Virus record (IMG/VR): IMGVR_UViG_3300022746_000034
Location: 1-42,994 of that record
Length of the DNA stretch: 42,994 bases
Source: a virus
Lineage: Duplodnaviria; Caudoviricetes
Direction: 5' to 3' (one strand)
The notes below the pieces were generated by a model that was not told where the DNA came from, made no database searches, and saw nothing but the letters and a program-made list of their open reading frames with translations. The position numbers and the translations under genes are program-made. This document shows positions 23,145 through 32,500 of this stretch, piece after piece (within the stretch, counting starts at the first letter, position 1; every line of letters starts with the position of its first letter).

Positions 23145-23702
23145 TCAGGCTCCTTGTTGTGCTTGCTCAAAGACCTTTGGATCGATCTGATCCATGGACT
23201 GTTGGAGCTGTGTTGTGTCCACGCCGTTCTCACCCAAGTAGCGCAGCAACATTTGCTTAAACGCATCGCCAATCTGTGGTGCTGTCAACTCGATGCCGGC
23301 AGCCTCAGCGATGTCGCCGACTTCTTTCAAGATGCTGATGGCCAGCAGCATGATCAAGTCATCGGGCACTTCGCCGTTGGTGCGCTCGTCAACCACAGAG
23401 ACCATCTCGTAGGAGATGTCAGCAATGGCTTGGACGGGGTCTTGCGCAGACTTAATCTGCTTGGCCACATCCTTGGCTGCCTGACCTTTGTACAGGGCCT
23501 CCATGGCCATCTTCAGCGCGTCGATGAATGCAGGGTTCTCGGTGTCGGGTTCGCCGCTTGTGTCACCCTTCTCAGGCGCTTCGCCTTCCATGCCCTCGTG
23601 CTGAGGCGAGCCGTCTGGGCCCATGCCCTCGACGGGTTCTTTCTCGTTGGTCTCGTCACCTTCCGATGGACCCATCATTTTGTTTTGAATTAAGCCAGCC
23701 AT
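23145..23702 (-). CDS. hypothetical acidic virion-module protein (185 aa)
   Basis: AAAGGA RBS; ORF track. Confidence 0.75.
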   Translation of the reverse strand: MAGLIQNKMMGPSEGDETNEKEPVEGMGPDGSPQHEGMEGEAPEKGDTSGEPDTENPAFIDALKMAMEALYKGQAAKDVAKQIKSAQDPVQAIADISYEMVSVVDERTNGEVPDDLIMLLAISILKEVGDIAEAAGIELTAPQIGDAFKQMLLRYLGENGVDTTQLQQSMDQIDPKVFEQAQQGA

Positions 23703-23713
23703 GATGAGTCCTT

Positions 23714-24577
23714 TCAGCCGCGGTAGTAAGCGGGGTTGTAAACGGGGAAGTTGTTGTTTGTCACTGGCTGTGCGTACTGCATGCCGCGTGCGACCAAGCC
23801 AGTTTGTGGGTTGTTGCGTGCGTCAAACTCAGCCTTGCGCTGGGCGCTGATTCGCTGAGCCTCAGCCATGGCGTCGTACTGCGCAGTGGGGGCTGCGCCC
23901 GTGGTGGCTGCAGTTGGGCTGGCGTTGTCAGCAAAAATCTTGGCGCCTGCGTTTGCGTTGTAGCGATCGCGCGCAGCGGCGGCTTGATCGAGTTCAAACT
24001 GACGCTGATCTTGCAGGGCCTTGCCTTGCATAGCGCCGCCAATCAAAGCGGAGCCGGCTTGAATCTTGGCTGCACCCATGATGCCTTCGCCAACACCCAT
24101 GCCGCCAGCGACGGGTGGTGTTGTGGGTGGTGTCAATGGACCACCGACAGGGGGTGTTGTTGGGGGAGTGACTGGAGGTGTCAACGGGGGAACCATCGAT
24201 CCGGCGTTGGCCATCTGACCTTGAAAGCCAGAACTCAAAGAGCTGCCGGCCTGAGACAGGTTGCCGCTAACAGCTTGGCCCCACGCCGTAGACAGGCTGC
24301 TTGCGGCGTTGGATACACCCGCGCCAGCCCCTTGTAAAAAGCCACTTAGACCGGAGCCCGCCGGCGCACCAAAGCCGCCCGACAGGGCAGCACCTCCGAA
24401 GTAAATTGCAGCCGCCAACATAGCGACCTTGCCAATCTTGGAGGAGGTGATTTGCTGCAGCACTCCGCCAACGCCGCTGGCCACGGATTTCGTCACGGAT
24501 GTGACGGCCTTTACTGCACCGCTGACCACGTTGCTCACGCTACGCGCCACGCTGGAAACTGCTTTACTCATAATCAA
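23714..24577 (-). CDS. internal virion / DNA pilot-like protein (Gly/Ala/Ser-rich, PPTTPP linker)
   Basis: GAGGAG RBS; composition typical of podovirus ejection proteins. Confidence 0.7.
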   Translation of the reverse strand: MIMSKAVSSVARSVSNVVSGAVKAVTSVTKSVASGVGGVLQQITSSKIGKVAMLAAAIYFGGAALSGGFGAPAGSGLSGFLQGAGAGVSNAASSLSTAWGQAVSGNLSQAGSSLSSGFQGQMANAGSMVPPLTPPVTPPTTPPVGGPLTPPTTPPVAGGMGVGEGIMGAAKIQAGSALIGGAMQGKALQDQRQFELDQAAAARDRYNANAGAKIFADNASPTAATTGAAPTAQYDAMAEAQRISAQRKAEFDARNNPQTGLVARGMQYAQPVTNNNFPVYNPAYYRG

Positions 24578-25014
24578 ACTCCTCGTACATAGGTTAGGGT
24601 GGTGGACTCGCGACCGAACCCAACCCGTTTAAGAAAACCGACGAGCCGCGGATCAACACCGGGCTCCAAAGAAACAATGCCAAGCTTGATGGCTGAGCGC
24701 GACTTGATCCACTTGGCCAGCTCACGCATGAGCGGCAGGCATGCACCGGGCACGCGCGTGTAGAACAACAGGACTGAGCACTGCATGCGCTCAAACCAAA
24801 ATCCCTGCTGCACGCACGCAGCCACAGCCGCAACCACCACACCGTCATCATCCTCGGCAACCCACATAAAGTGAGCTGGGTTGAGGCAAACCTTTGCCGT
24901 ATCCGCCATGGCCGCACGATCAATCTTGACGTCAATCGGGTCATTCGACACCGACTCCACCGCGATGTCAACAATCGCGGGGATGTCTTGAAGTTTGGCC
25001 TTGCGGAAAATCAT
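24574..25014 (-). CDS. GNAT-fold acetyltransferase-like protein
   Basis: MIFRKAKLQDIPAIV N-terminus, FLKRVGF C-terminal motif; usual location among podovirus internal virion genes. Confidence 0.7.
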   Translation of the reverse strand: MIFRKAKLQDIPAIVDIAVESVSNDPIDVKIDRAAMADTAKVCLNPAHFMWVAEDDDGVVVAAVAACVQQGFWFERMQCSVLLFYTRVPGACLPLMRELAKWIKSRSAIKLGIVSLEPGVDPRLVGFLKRVGFGRESTTLTYVRGV

Positions 25015-26291
25015 GCGAGTGTTGGTACTGTGATCTTGTTGATGGTCGTGCCGTAGAACTTCTCAGCCCAAGCGATCTGCGCGTTTGCGTAAGTGGCCAA
25101 GTTTGCAATCGATGTTTGCTTCGCCGCCGCAGTCATGTTGCCGTCAGCAAGAATTGCGTTCACACCGTTCATGGTTGTGTTGGCAATGTTGGCAGCAAAC
25201 TGCGTTGGCACTTGCGCTTGGCTGGCCTTGATCTGCAAACCCAGCTTGTCGAGTTCAGCCTGATTCTGCGAGAGCTGGCGCTGGTCGAGCTTCAATTGCT
25301 CGACGTCAAACTGGCTCGACTTCAAAGCAAGCTCTTGGTCGAATCGGTTTGTGATGCCCTCTTGCTCGAGCTTTTTCATTGCCTCTTGCGAAGCAATGTC
25401 GCGCGCCTGACGGAAGTCCATGCCAGACTCTTGCAGCTTTTGCGTCTGAGCAGCGAAGTCGTTTTGAATCTGCTGCTGCTTGGCGGTGAAGTCTTGCTGC
25501 GTGGTTTGCATCAAGGTTTGTTGCGAGCGGTCCAGCGCAGCCTGTGCACCAGAGAAATCTTGCTGAGCCTTTTGCAGCGCTTGCTGTGCGCCGATACTCT
25601 TGTCGGTAAGGGCGACTTGCTGCGCGCGGTCCAGTGCAGCCTGAGCTGACTGGAAGTTTTGTTGCAGCCCGGTTTGCGCAGCAGTGAAAGTCTGCTGTCC
25701 AGTTTGCAGGGCAGTCTGTTGTTGGCGCTCGAGTTCGGCCTGCTGGGCGGTGAACGATTGCTGAGACTTGTTTTGCTCGGCGACAAAGGCTTGCTGACCT
25801 GTCTGCAGCGCGGCGGTGTTGCCGGCGTTTGCATTGAACTGGCCGGACGTGTTTGTTGCAGCCATGTTTTCACTGGCTGCTTGGTTGTAGGCGTTGGCGT
25901 CTTGTGCCCCGATCTGGATTGCCTTGTCGGTCATGGCCGCCACACCTGCGCCAGCGTTCATGGAGCTGTTCACCAAACCGCGTTGAGCCATCTGTTGTGT
26001 GGCCAGTGTACGGGCGCGCTGCATGAGCGGGTTGTCCGTGGCCAAGATGCTGTTGACCTGACCTTGCACGGTGCCCGTGGGCTGGTCAATCTGGCGGGTG
26101 GTGGGGGCGTATGAACTGACGGTGTTCGCTGCAGGTGCGGCGGCCGTGGTCACGTTGTTTGCTGGCGCTGTGGTAAGCGTAGCGTCAGGGATTGGTGTTG
26201 GCGATCCGGACTGGATGGCGGAGCCCACAATGCCAGTGTTTGTGGCCGACGCCTGCTGTGTGTCAAATGGATTTTGTACAGTGGTAGCCAT
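25011..26291 (-). CDS. internal virion / DNA transfer protein (Gln/Ala-rich coiled coil)
   Basis: AAAGG RBS; MAQRGLVNSS motif; QQ-x-F-x-A-x-Q repeats. Confidence 0.75.
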   Translation of the reverse strand: MATTVQNPFDTQQASATNTGIVGSAIQSGSPTPIPDATLTTAPANNVTTAAAPAANTVSSYAPTTRQIDQPTGTVQGQVNSILATDNPLMQRARTLATQQMAQRGLVNSSMNAGAGVAAMTDKAIQIGAQDANAYNQAASENMAATNTSGQFNANAGNTAALQTGQQAFVAEQNKSQQSFTAQQAELERQQQTALQTGQQTFTAAQTGLQQNFQSAQAALDRAQQVALTDKSIGAQQALQKAQQDFSGAQAALDRSQQTLMQTTQQDFTAKQQQIQNDFAAQTQKLQESGMDFRQARDIASQEAMKKLEQEGITNRFDQELALKSSQFDVEQLKLDQRQLSQNQAELDKLGLQIKASQAQVPTQFAANIANTTMNGVNAILADGNMTAAAKQTSIANLATYANAQIAWAEKFYGTTINKITVPTLA

Positions 26292-26366
26292 GTCGGCCTT
26301 TCAAGCAAAGCACCCCGCCAAGCGGGGTAAGTCCGGCCGTGCGCAAGACGCAATTAGCCGGAGTGG

Positions 26367-26395
26367 ATTCTAGATGAATTGACGAGGTCAAGCAA
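26367..26395 (-). promoter_or_regulatory. putative sigma70-type late promoter for the ejection-protein operon
   Basis: TTGCTT-17-TAGAAT followed by CCACTCCGG. Confidence 0.5.
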
Positions 26396-26396
26396 A

Positions 26397-27011
26397 TCAT
26401 GCTAGGACCTGACCAACTTCGAACACGTTCATGGCCAAAGCGGTGTGGCGCACCCGGTCGTCAAGGCCGATTGTCCCGCCGTTGATCTTCTTGGTGAGTG
26501 CAACCCAGTCGCCGGCCTCGGCCAAGCGGTTGCAGTCATGTGTCGCCCAGAACCAACCGGCCGTTAGGGCAGCATGTTTTGGCTGGCGCACGAGGTCTGG
26601 GTTCATGACGAAGTCCACGCCGCACGCCTTGCCGGCGTGGTAGAAGTTGTCGTGCCCGGTGAGCTGGAGCCAACCCGAGCCGCGGAAACGAAAGCCGTCA
26701 CCGCTCGCCTCGTCACGGTTTCCCATACGGTTCGCGTAAACGTAGTTGGCCAAAGCCTTCGGGTTGCGGGCGTACTTGTTGGCGATCTCCATGGTGGGAA
26801 ATCGCTTTGGCCAAATCTTCATCAGGCGGTCGGCTGCGTAGCTGAGGCCCTCCTCAAGCTTGGTGAAGTTGCCGCACTCGTGGCCGCATTGACCGAGGAA
26901 CGCAGCCTGCTGTCGTGGCGTCTTGATACCCCAGCGGTCGAACGTCTCGTTGAAGACGGGCGCCAGCTCAGGGTTGATGTGCAATCTTTTGAGTTGTTCA
27001 GCGGTCAACAT
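26397..27011 (-). CDS. endolysin, glycoside hydrolase family 19
   Basis: AAFLGQCGHEC, FRGSGWLQLTGHDNF, TKKINGGTIGLDDR. Confidence 0.92.
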   Translation of the reverse strand: MLTAEQLKRLHINPELAPVFNETFDRWGIKTPRQQAAFLGQCGHECGNFTKLEEGLSYAADRLMKIWPKRFPTMEIANKYARNPKALANYVYANRMGNRDEASGDGFRFRGSGWLQLTGHDNFYHAGKACGVDFVMNPDLVRQPKHAALTAGWFWATHDCNRLAEAGDWVALTKKINGGTIGLDDRVRHTALAMNVFEVGQVLA

Positions 27012-27462
27012 TCACTTGGCTCCTGACTGAGTTGTAGGCGTCGATACAGGCGTTGAGCTGGGTGATTGCCCGGTCTCCGTCGGCTGCGATTTGAGCAATA
27101 AGTTGGAGAGTCTCTCGGTCAGATTCGCTTCCTGCTTGACTATTCCCGCCGGCAGTGGTGGGACCTGCACTGGCTTGTACGCAACTTGAGGAGGGGAGGC
27201 GCACCCGGCCAGCACTGATAGCACGGTCAAGAGCAGACTGTTTTTGATTGATTGCATCATTGGCTTCTTTCAGTTCGTTGGACGTGTTGTTGAGTTGCTC
27301 GCCAAGCTTTTGCTCTCGCGCGCGTGACTCTTCGTTCTTGATCGCGATCTCACTTTGCATCTCAGCATCACGCTCGCTCCAGCCCTTGCTGAATCCGAAG
27401 CGGTAGATGCCAAAGATGACAAGCAAGGTCACCAGCACTGTGATGGCGGTGCGGTTCATCAC
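26998..27462 (-). CDS. Rz: i-spanin (Rz-like)
   Basis: N-terminal TM, coiled coil, C-terminal QLNACIDAY; contains a nested lipoprotein gene. Confidence 0.85.
   Translation of the reverse strand: MMNRTAITVLVTLLVIFGIYRFGFSKGWSERDAEMQSEIAIKNEESRAREQKLGEQLNNTSNELKEANDAINQKQSALDRAISAGRVRLPSSSCVQASAGPTTAGGNSQAGSESDRETLQLIAQIAADGDRAITQLNACIDAYNSVRSQVNVDR
27012..27260 (-). CDS. Rz1: o-spanin (Rz1-like) lipoprotein nested in Rz
   Basis: Signal peptide with lipobox LAGC, Pro-rich mature part, fully embedded out of frame. Confidence 0.85.
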   Translation of the reverse strand: MMQSIKNSLLLTVLSVLAGCASPPQVAYKPVQVPPLPAGIVKQEANLTERLSNLLLKSQPTETGQSPSSTPVSTPTTQSGAK

Positions 27463-27974
27463 TGCTCCTTGGCGGCGGCCGCGCGCTCGTAAGCGATCTC
27501 TTCGCGCTCAGGGTGCAGGAACTCTGGCGGTGTAACGGGTGGAGGTGGTGCGCGCCACTCCTCGTCGAACTGTACGGGCGCAGAACCCATCCAATTGAAG
27601 TCGGGCATACCCGAGGCGGGGGTCGCAGGTGCAGGCGCTTGTGGGGCTGCTGGCGGCGGCGTGTTGGGCGGGATGCCAAGCGATGGGGCGATCTTCTCTG
27701 CAACAGCTTGCGACGCCTTGTTCACGGCGAACATGCTGATGATGGTGGTGATCGAGCTGGCCATGATGAGCACGATGTCGTTGAGCATCTTGGTGAATGC
27801 CTGATCGATCGGCGACATGGACTTCATTGGCTGGCCAACGAACATGATCGAGTACAGGAACGAACTTACGATGCCGCCGAAGACAAACATCAAGATGACC
27901 ACGACAACAGCCCACACGCAAACCTGAATGAGCTTGACTAGGTCGTCGACTGATTTGATTTCAAGGTGCTTCAT
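27459..27974 (-). CDS. two-TM membrane protein, holin candidate
   Basis: Two TM segments, Pro-rich tail, directly upstream of the spanins. Confidence 0.6.
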   Translation of the reverse strand: MKHLEIKSVDDLVKLIQVCVWAVVVVILMFVFGGIVSSFLYSIMFVGQPMKSMSPIDQAFTKMLNDIVLIMASSITTIISMFAVNKASQAVAEKIAPSLGIPPNTPPPAAPQAPAPATPASGMPDFNWMGSAPVQFDEEWRAPPPPVTPPEFLHPEREEIAYERAAAAKEQ

Positions 27975-28192
27975 TTAGATGGCTCCGATGCTGCAGACGC
28001 TGGTTGTTGAATCTGCTTCTCGAGCACTGGTGCAACGAGGTAGTCAGGACAGTCTTGTGTGAACAAGCAGTCAGGACGCTGACAGCGCTTGGCACTGAAG
28101 TTCTTTGGGTCTTGGCAGAAGTATCGATAGCGGTCTTCACAACCAGCCAGCACGAACGCGATGACCACGGCAAACAGAATCAACCACTTCAT
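27971..28192 (-). CDS. small Cys-rich lipoprotein
   Basis: MKWLILFAVVIAFVLAGC lipobox; four further Cys; AAGGA RBS. Confidence 0.8.
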   Translation of the reverse strand: MKWLILFAVVIAFVLAGCEDRYRYFCQDPKNFSAKRCQRPDCLFTQDCPDYLVAPVLEKQIQQPASAASEPSK

Positions 28193-28344
28193 TGTTTATC
28201 CTTCAAACAGATTTCCAAATCACGCTTTGCTCTTTCGTATTTGATGAACGCCACTTGCTTGTGCTCCTTGATCATCCAATACGAAAAACCAATCTCAAGT
28301 GCGAACAACAAAATCACCAGAGCGATTGCAATTTTTACCAACAT
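28189..28344 (-). CDS. small single-TM protein (51 aa, MLVKIAIALVILLFALE...)
   Basis: TGATG coupling at 28344 (start moved from 28410). Confidence 0.6.
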   Translation of the reverse strand: MLVKIAIALVILLFALEIGFSYWMIKEHKQVAFIKYERAKRDLEICLKDKQ

Positions 28345-29033
28345 CAAAAGCCCCAGAGAAGTTGCCGGTGGTACAACATCCACGTTGATACCGCGTACAA
28401 AAAACCGCACACAAAAATGATGGCGAAGAATATCGCGAGATACATGTGCAGGTTTTTCCTGCGCCGCTCTCGTTTGAACTCAGCCAACAGTCTCGCCCGC
28501 TCTTCTTTTTTTTCGTGCTCATCCCAAGCAATCTTTTGGTCAGCCTCGATCTGCTCGCGCATCTCAGAGAACTGGGTCCAAAGATCACCCAACTCAGCTG
28601 GCGCATTCCACGTCATCTCGGTTCGAATGTCTGCGTGCATCTGCCGCAGCTTGGTTCGAATCATGATGCGCTTGAGCGCCATCTTCTTCAGCGATACGTC
28701 CTTGCTTTGCAGCTTCTTGGACTCACGCTCTTGCTCCCAGAAAAGTTCTTCGAGTCGGTCGTAGGCATCGAACATTGCACCAAGGTTGTCGCCAATCTTG
28801 AATAGCACTTCGTCCGGGTTGGACTTCGATACCTCCTCGACTCTCTTCTTCTCTTCTTGAATCTTCTCGGCTTGCGCCTTCGAGACTTTCTTGCCAGCGA
28901 ACTGGCCGTTGATCTCGTTGTAGATTTGCTGAACGTTACCGGCTACTCCCTTGACTTCCTTGTACAGCGCGCACCCGTCCTTGACGAGTTGGAATGCTGT
29001 AGTCGCAGCGAATAGCGCAGTCCCTATCGGCAC
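28344..29033 (-). CDS. coiled-coil protein with C-terminal TM anchor (229 aa)
   Basis: ORF track; hydrophobic C-terminal segment. Confidence 0.75.
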   Translation of the reverse strand: MPIGTALFAATTAFQLVKDGCALYKEVKGVAGNVQQIYNEINGQFAGKKVSKAQAEKIQEEKKRVEEVSKSNPDEVLFKIGDNLGAMFDAYDRLEELFWEQERESKKLQSKDVSLKKMALKRIMIRTKLRQMHADIRTEMTWNAPAELGDLWTQFSEMREQIEADQKIAWDEHEKKEERARLLAEFKRERRRKNLHMYLAIFFAIIFVCGFLYAVSTWMLYHRQLLWGF

Positions 29034-29034
29034 A

Positions 29035-29352
29035 TCACTTCACCACTACACCGATACCGAACTTTGCGGATATGCCAAGCACAACCAAGCCGCACAGTAT
29101 GGTGACAATCGCCCACGCCCCACGCTTGGCAATGTCAAGCTTGAGAGCTTGCCAGAATTCAGTCTGCGCTTTGGCAGACTCAATCAAGGCTTCGTGGTAT
29201 TTGCGGTGACCCTCATAGTCAACTTCGTCATCTTTGTTCTTTGGAAACGCACCAGACATGTGGTGCATTTGCTCAAGAATGAGATCGAGCTTTCGCTCGA
29301 TGTTCATTTCCGATGGCGTTTCTTTTCGATCACCTTGGTCATCAGTGAACAT
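29035..29352 (-). CDS. hypothetical protein with C-terminal TM (105 aa)
   Basis: AAGGA RBS; hydrophobic C-terminus. Confidence 0.75.
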   Translation of the reverse strand: MFTDDQGDRKETPSEMNIERKLDLILEQMHHMSGAFPKNKDDEVDYEGHRKYHEALIESAKAQTEFWQALKLDIAKRGAWAIVTILCGLVVLGISAKFGIGVVVK

Positions 29353-29360
29353 GGCTGTCC

Positions 29361-29594
29361 TTATGCGGCGGCAGCAATCAGTGCACTGATGTCAGTGTCG
29401 CCCCACCAAGGTTTTGCAACCATGATGGAAAGGTGCTCTTTGTTACGAGCCACTGTGTCAACCCATTCAGCATCTTCCATACCTTCAGGTTGACCTGCGT
29501 TGATGAGGTTTACGCTGTCCATCGCTGCACTGTAGTGGCGTGCGATCTCTTCAGCTGTGGGTTGTTCCACTTGGGGTTGAGTTTGTTCAGTCAT
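29361..29594 (-). CDS. hypothetical protein following the tail fibre (possible assembly chaperone)
   Basis: AAAGGA RBS; position. Confidence 0.7.
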   Translation of the reverse strand: MTEQTQPQVEQPTAEEIARHYSAAMDSVNLINAGQPEGMEDAEWVDTVARNKEHLSIMVAKPWWGDTDISALIAAAA

Positions 29595-29596
29595 TT

Positions 29597-32500
29597 TTAG
29601 TTTCCTTTCAGGGTTGCAAGTTCGGCTTTCACCGAGTCGAGTTCAGATTTCAATTCCTTGATTGCGTTAATCATGTACCACTTCATGTTATCGGCACTCA
29701 CGGCGTGAACGCCAGTTGATTCAGTGTGAACACAATCTGGTAAAACTTCAGCCAATTCTTGTGCAATCACACCCAGTTGGACGCCTTTCAATTCAACCGC
29801 ATCAATCGGCTTGAGCTCTGGATCAACTTCTTCCGGAAGGCGGTATTCAAAGTTGCGAACACGAATGCCCATGATTTTTTCAAGACCAACATTGTTGTCA
29901 ACAATATTTTTCTTAAGTCTACGGTCGGATGTGGTGCTCCAAGTGGTTGTGTTTCCACCGTTGTAAATGCTACCGCCATCAGCCGTAATAAATGCCGTCG
30001 CCGCACCTTTACCAGTTTTGGTGACGTTGCTGGACGTGATAACCATCTCGTAACCAACAGACGCACTGGATGGCGTTGCATACGATCCGATATAAACACC
30101 CCAATAGCCGCTGGTAAGACCCGGCGCAGAACCTTGACCAATACAGATGTTGTAGTTGCCTGTTGTGACATCCTTACCCGCTTGGTAACCAAGTAAAGTG
30201 TGGCCAACACCAGTGGTATTGGCATACCCAGCCTGATAACCCACAGCAGTGTTGTTAGAGGCTGTGGTGTTGGACTTCAAAGCACTAGTACCTACAGCAA
30301 CGTTGTAAGAGCCAGTTGTGTTGTTGTACAGTGCAGCATCTACTCCGCTATTGGTGTCATAGCTACCAAGGGCCGTGTTATCTGCACCAGTGGTGTTGTA
30401 GTACAAAGCCAAAGTGCCAACAGCCAAGTTACCAGCGCCAGTGGTGTTGCTAAACCCAGCCAAAGAACCAATGGCTGTAATTACTTGAGTTGTTGTGTTG
30501 TACGCTGCTCTATAGCCGAGCGCAGTGCTGTAGTTAGAGGTAGTTGCAGAATATAGCGACTGATAACCGAGTGATGCGTTGTATGTACCCGTTGTATTGG
30601 AATACATTGCTTGATAACCAACGGCAGTGTTGTTGGATGCTGTTGTGTTGGCCCCCAAAGAGAAATATCCCAGCGCAGTATTGTAATTTCCAGTGGTATT
30701 ACTTACAAGCGCGTCAGTTCCAAATGCCGAGTTCTGAATGCCGCTTGTGTTTGTATACAACGCAGCGTAACCAACAGCAGTGTTGCTATCCCCTGTGTTT
30801 GAACGTAGTGCCTGCATACCAACCGCAGTGATATTTGCACCCGTTACGTTCGAATACCCCGCTTGATAGCCGACAGCAGTGTTGTTTGAGGCTGATGTGT
30901 TATTTGCCAGCGCCGAATGACCAACGCCAACGTTGTTGCTACCAGTAACCGTGGTAAGTGCATAGTTGCCCAAGGCGACGTTGTTTGATGGAGTACCCGG
31001 CACGCTGTTGTAGTACATGGCTTGATAGCCAATAGCCACGTTGTTGTTGGCGGCACCTCCCATGTTGTACATGGTTTGGTGACCAATACCGATGTTGTAC
31101 GAACCTGTGCCGATTCCAGACAGCGCAAGATCAGCAATACCTACGTTGTACGAACCTGTGCTGTTGCCAGACAAAGCGGCATTACCAAGGGCGACGTTGC
31201 TAGCTCCAGTAGTGTTGGCTTGCAAGGTGTAATAACCCACAGCAGTCACACTACCAGTTGAAGTGTTGACCCCAGAGTGCCAGCCAATTGCTACGCTACT
31301 GTTGCCATTGGTGGTTACTGAGCTTAATGCGCCAGAGCCAATGGCAACTTGACGACTGCCAGTTGTATTAGACTGCAAAGCGCCATAGCCGACCGCTACG
31401 TTTTCGTTGGCAGTTGTGTTGGATAACAGCGCAACATTACCAAGTGCCACGTTTCCTGTGCCCGTCGTGTTTGCGTACGCAGCTTGGTATCCGACCGCAG
31501 TGTTATTAGAGGCTGTGGTGTTGGATACAAGCGACTGATAGCCGAGCGCCGTGTTGTTAGCGCCAGTAGTCAAAGCAGCGCCAGAAAGACTGCCAATGGC
31601 AGTGTTGTATGCACCACTTGCGTTGGCTGTTGTGTTTGGCCCAGACGCATAACCAAGGAATGTGTTGTGGATACCTGTTGCATCGTAGTAGCCAGATTGG
31701 TAGCCAAGGTACGTGTTAAATGCGTTTGCGCTCACTACAGCGTTGGTGTAGCCCGCTTGATAACCAACAGCAGTAACTCGTGAGCCAGTAGCATTTGTGT
31801 AAAGCGACTGGTAACCAACAGCAGTATTGGTTGAAGCTGTAGTGTTGGATGCAAGGGCAGCAGAACCAAGTGCTGTGTTGTAGTTACCTGTTGTATTATT
31901 TTGAAGCGTTTGAGTACCAAACCCGTTGTTATACGAACCCGTTGTGGTGGATTGAACAGAATTTACGCCTGTTGCCGTGTTATACCCACCAGTTGTGTTT
32001 GATTGCAATGCTTGATAACCAAGCCCAGTATTAAGCCCAGCACCACTATTCGACCCCGCCAAGGCACTAGCACCAACAGCAGTGTTGGTTGCCACACCAC
32101 CAGCGCCGCGACCTACTGAGACACCGTTCACACCAAGAATTGCGCCATCAAACGTCAGCGCAGAACCAGTGGTCAGCACCTTAGAGCCGTTGAGATAGGA
32201 AACACCGTTGGCAGTACCTGCGGAGAGGGTGACGGAGCCACCGAGGGTGGTAGCGCCTGTTACGTTGATGCTGGCAACCGTTCCACCAATTGTGGATGCA
32301 GATACCCAAGCGCTGCCGTTATACACGCGCATCTCTGGGGTTGCGGTGTTGAAATACAAGTCACCAATGGTGACTGCAGCTCCCAATGGATCGAGTGCTG
32401 GGTTTGTAGCAAGTGGTCCGTAATACTGACTGACGAAAGAATTGAGCGAGCTGAGCGCAGACGTTGCGCTACTAGCTGCGGCAGTTGCACTGCTTGATGC

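Noticed and set aside
5451-26389. 13-bp identity AATTGACGAGGTC at 5451-5463 and 26377-26389 (ncRNA 5' end versus late promoter spacer)
   Set aside because: Several 13-mer matches are expected by chance in 43 kb, and the second copy lies upstream of the presumed transcript, so no antisense mechanism is evident
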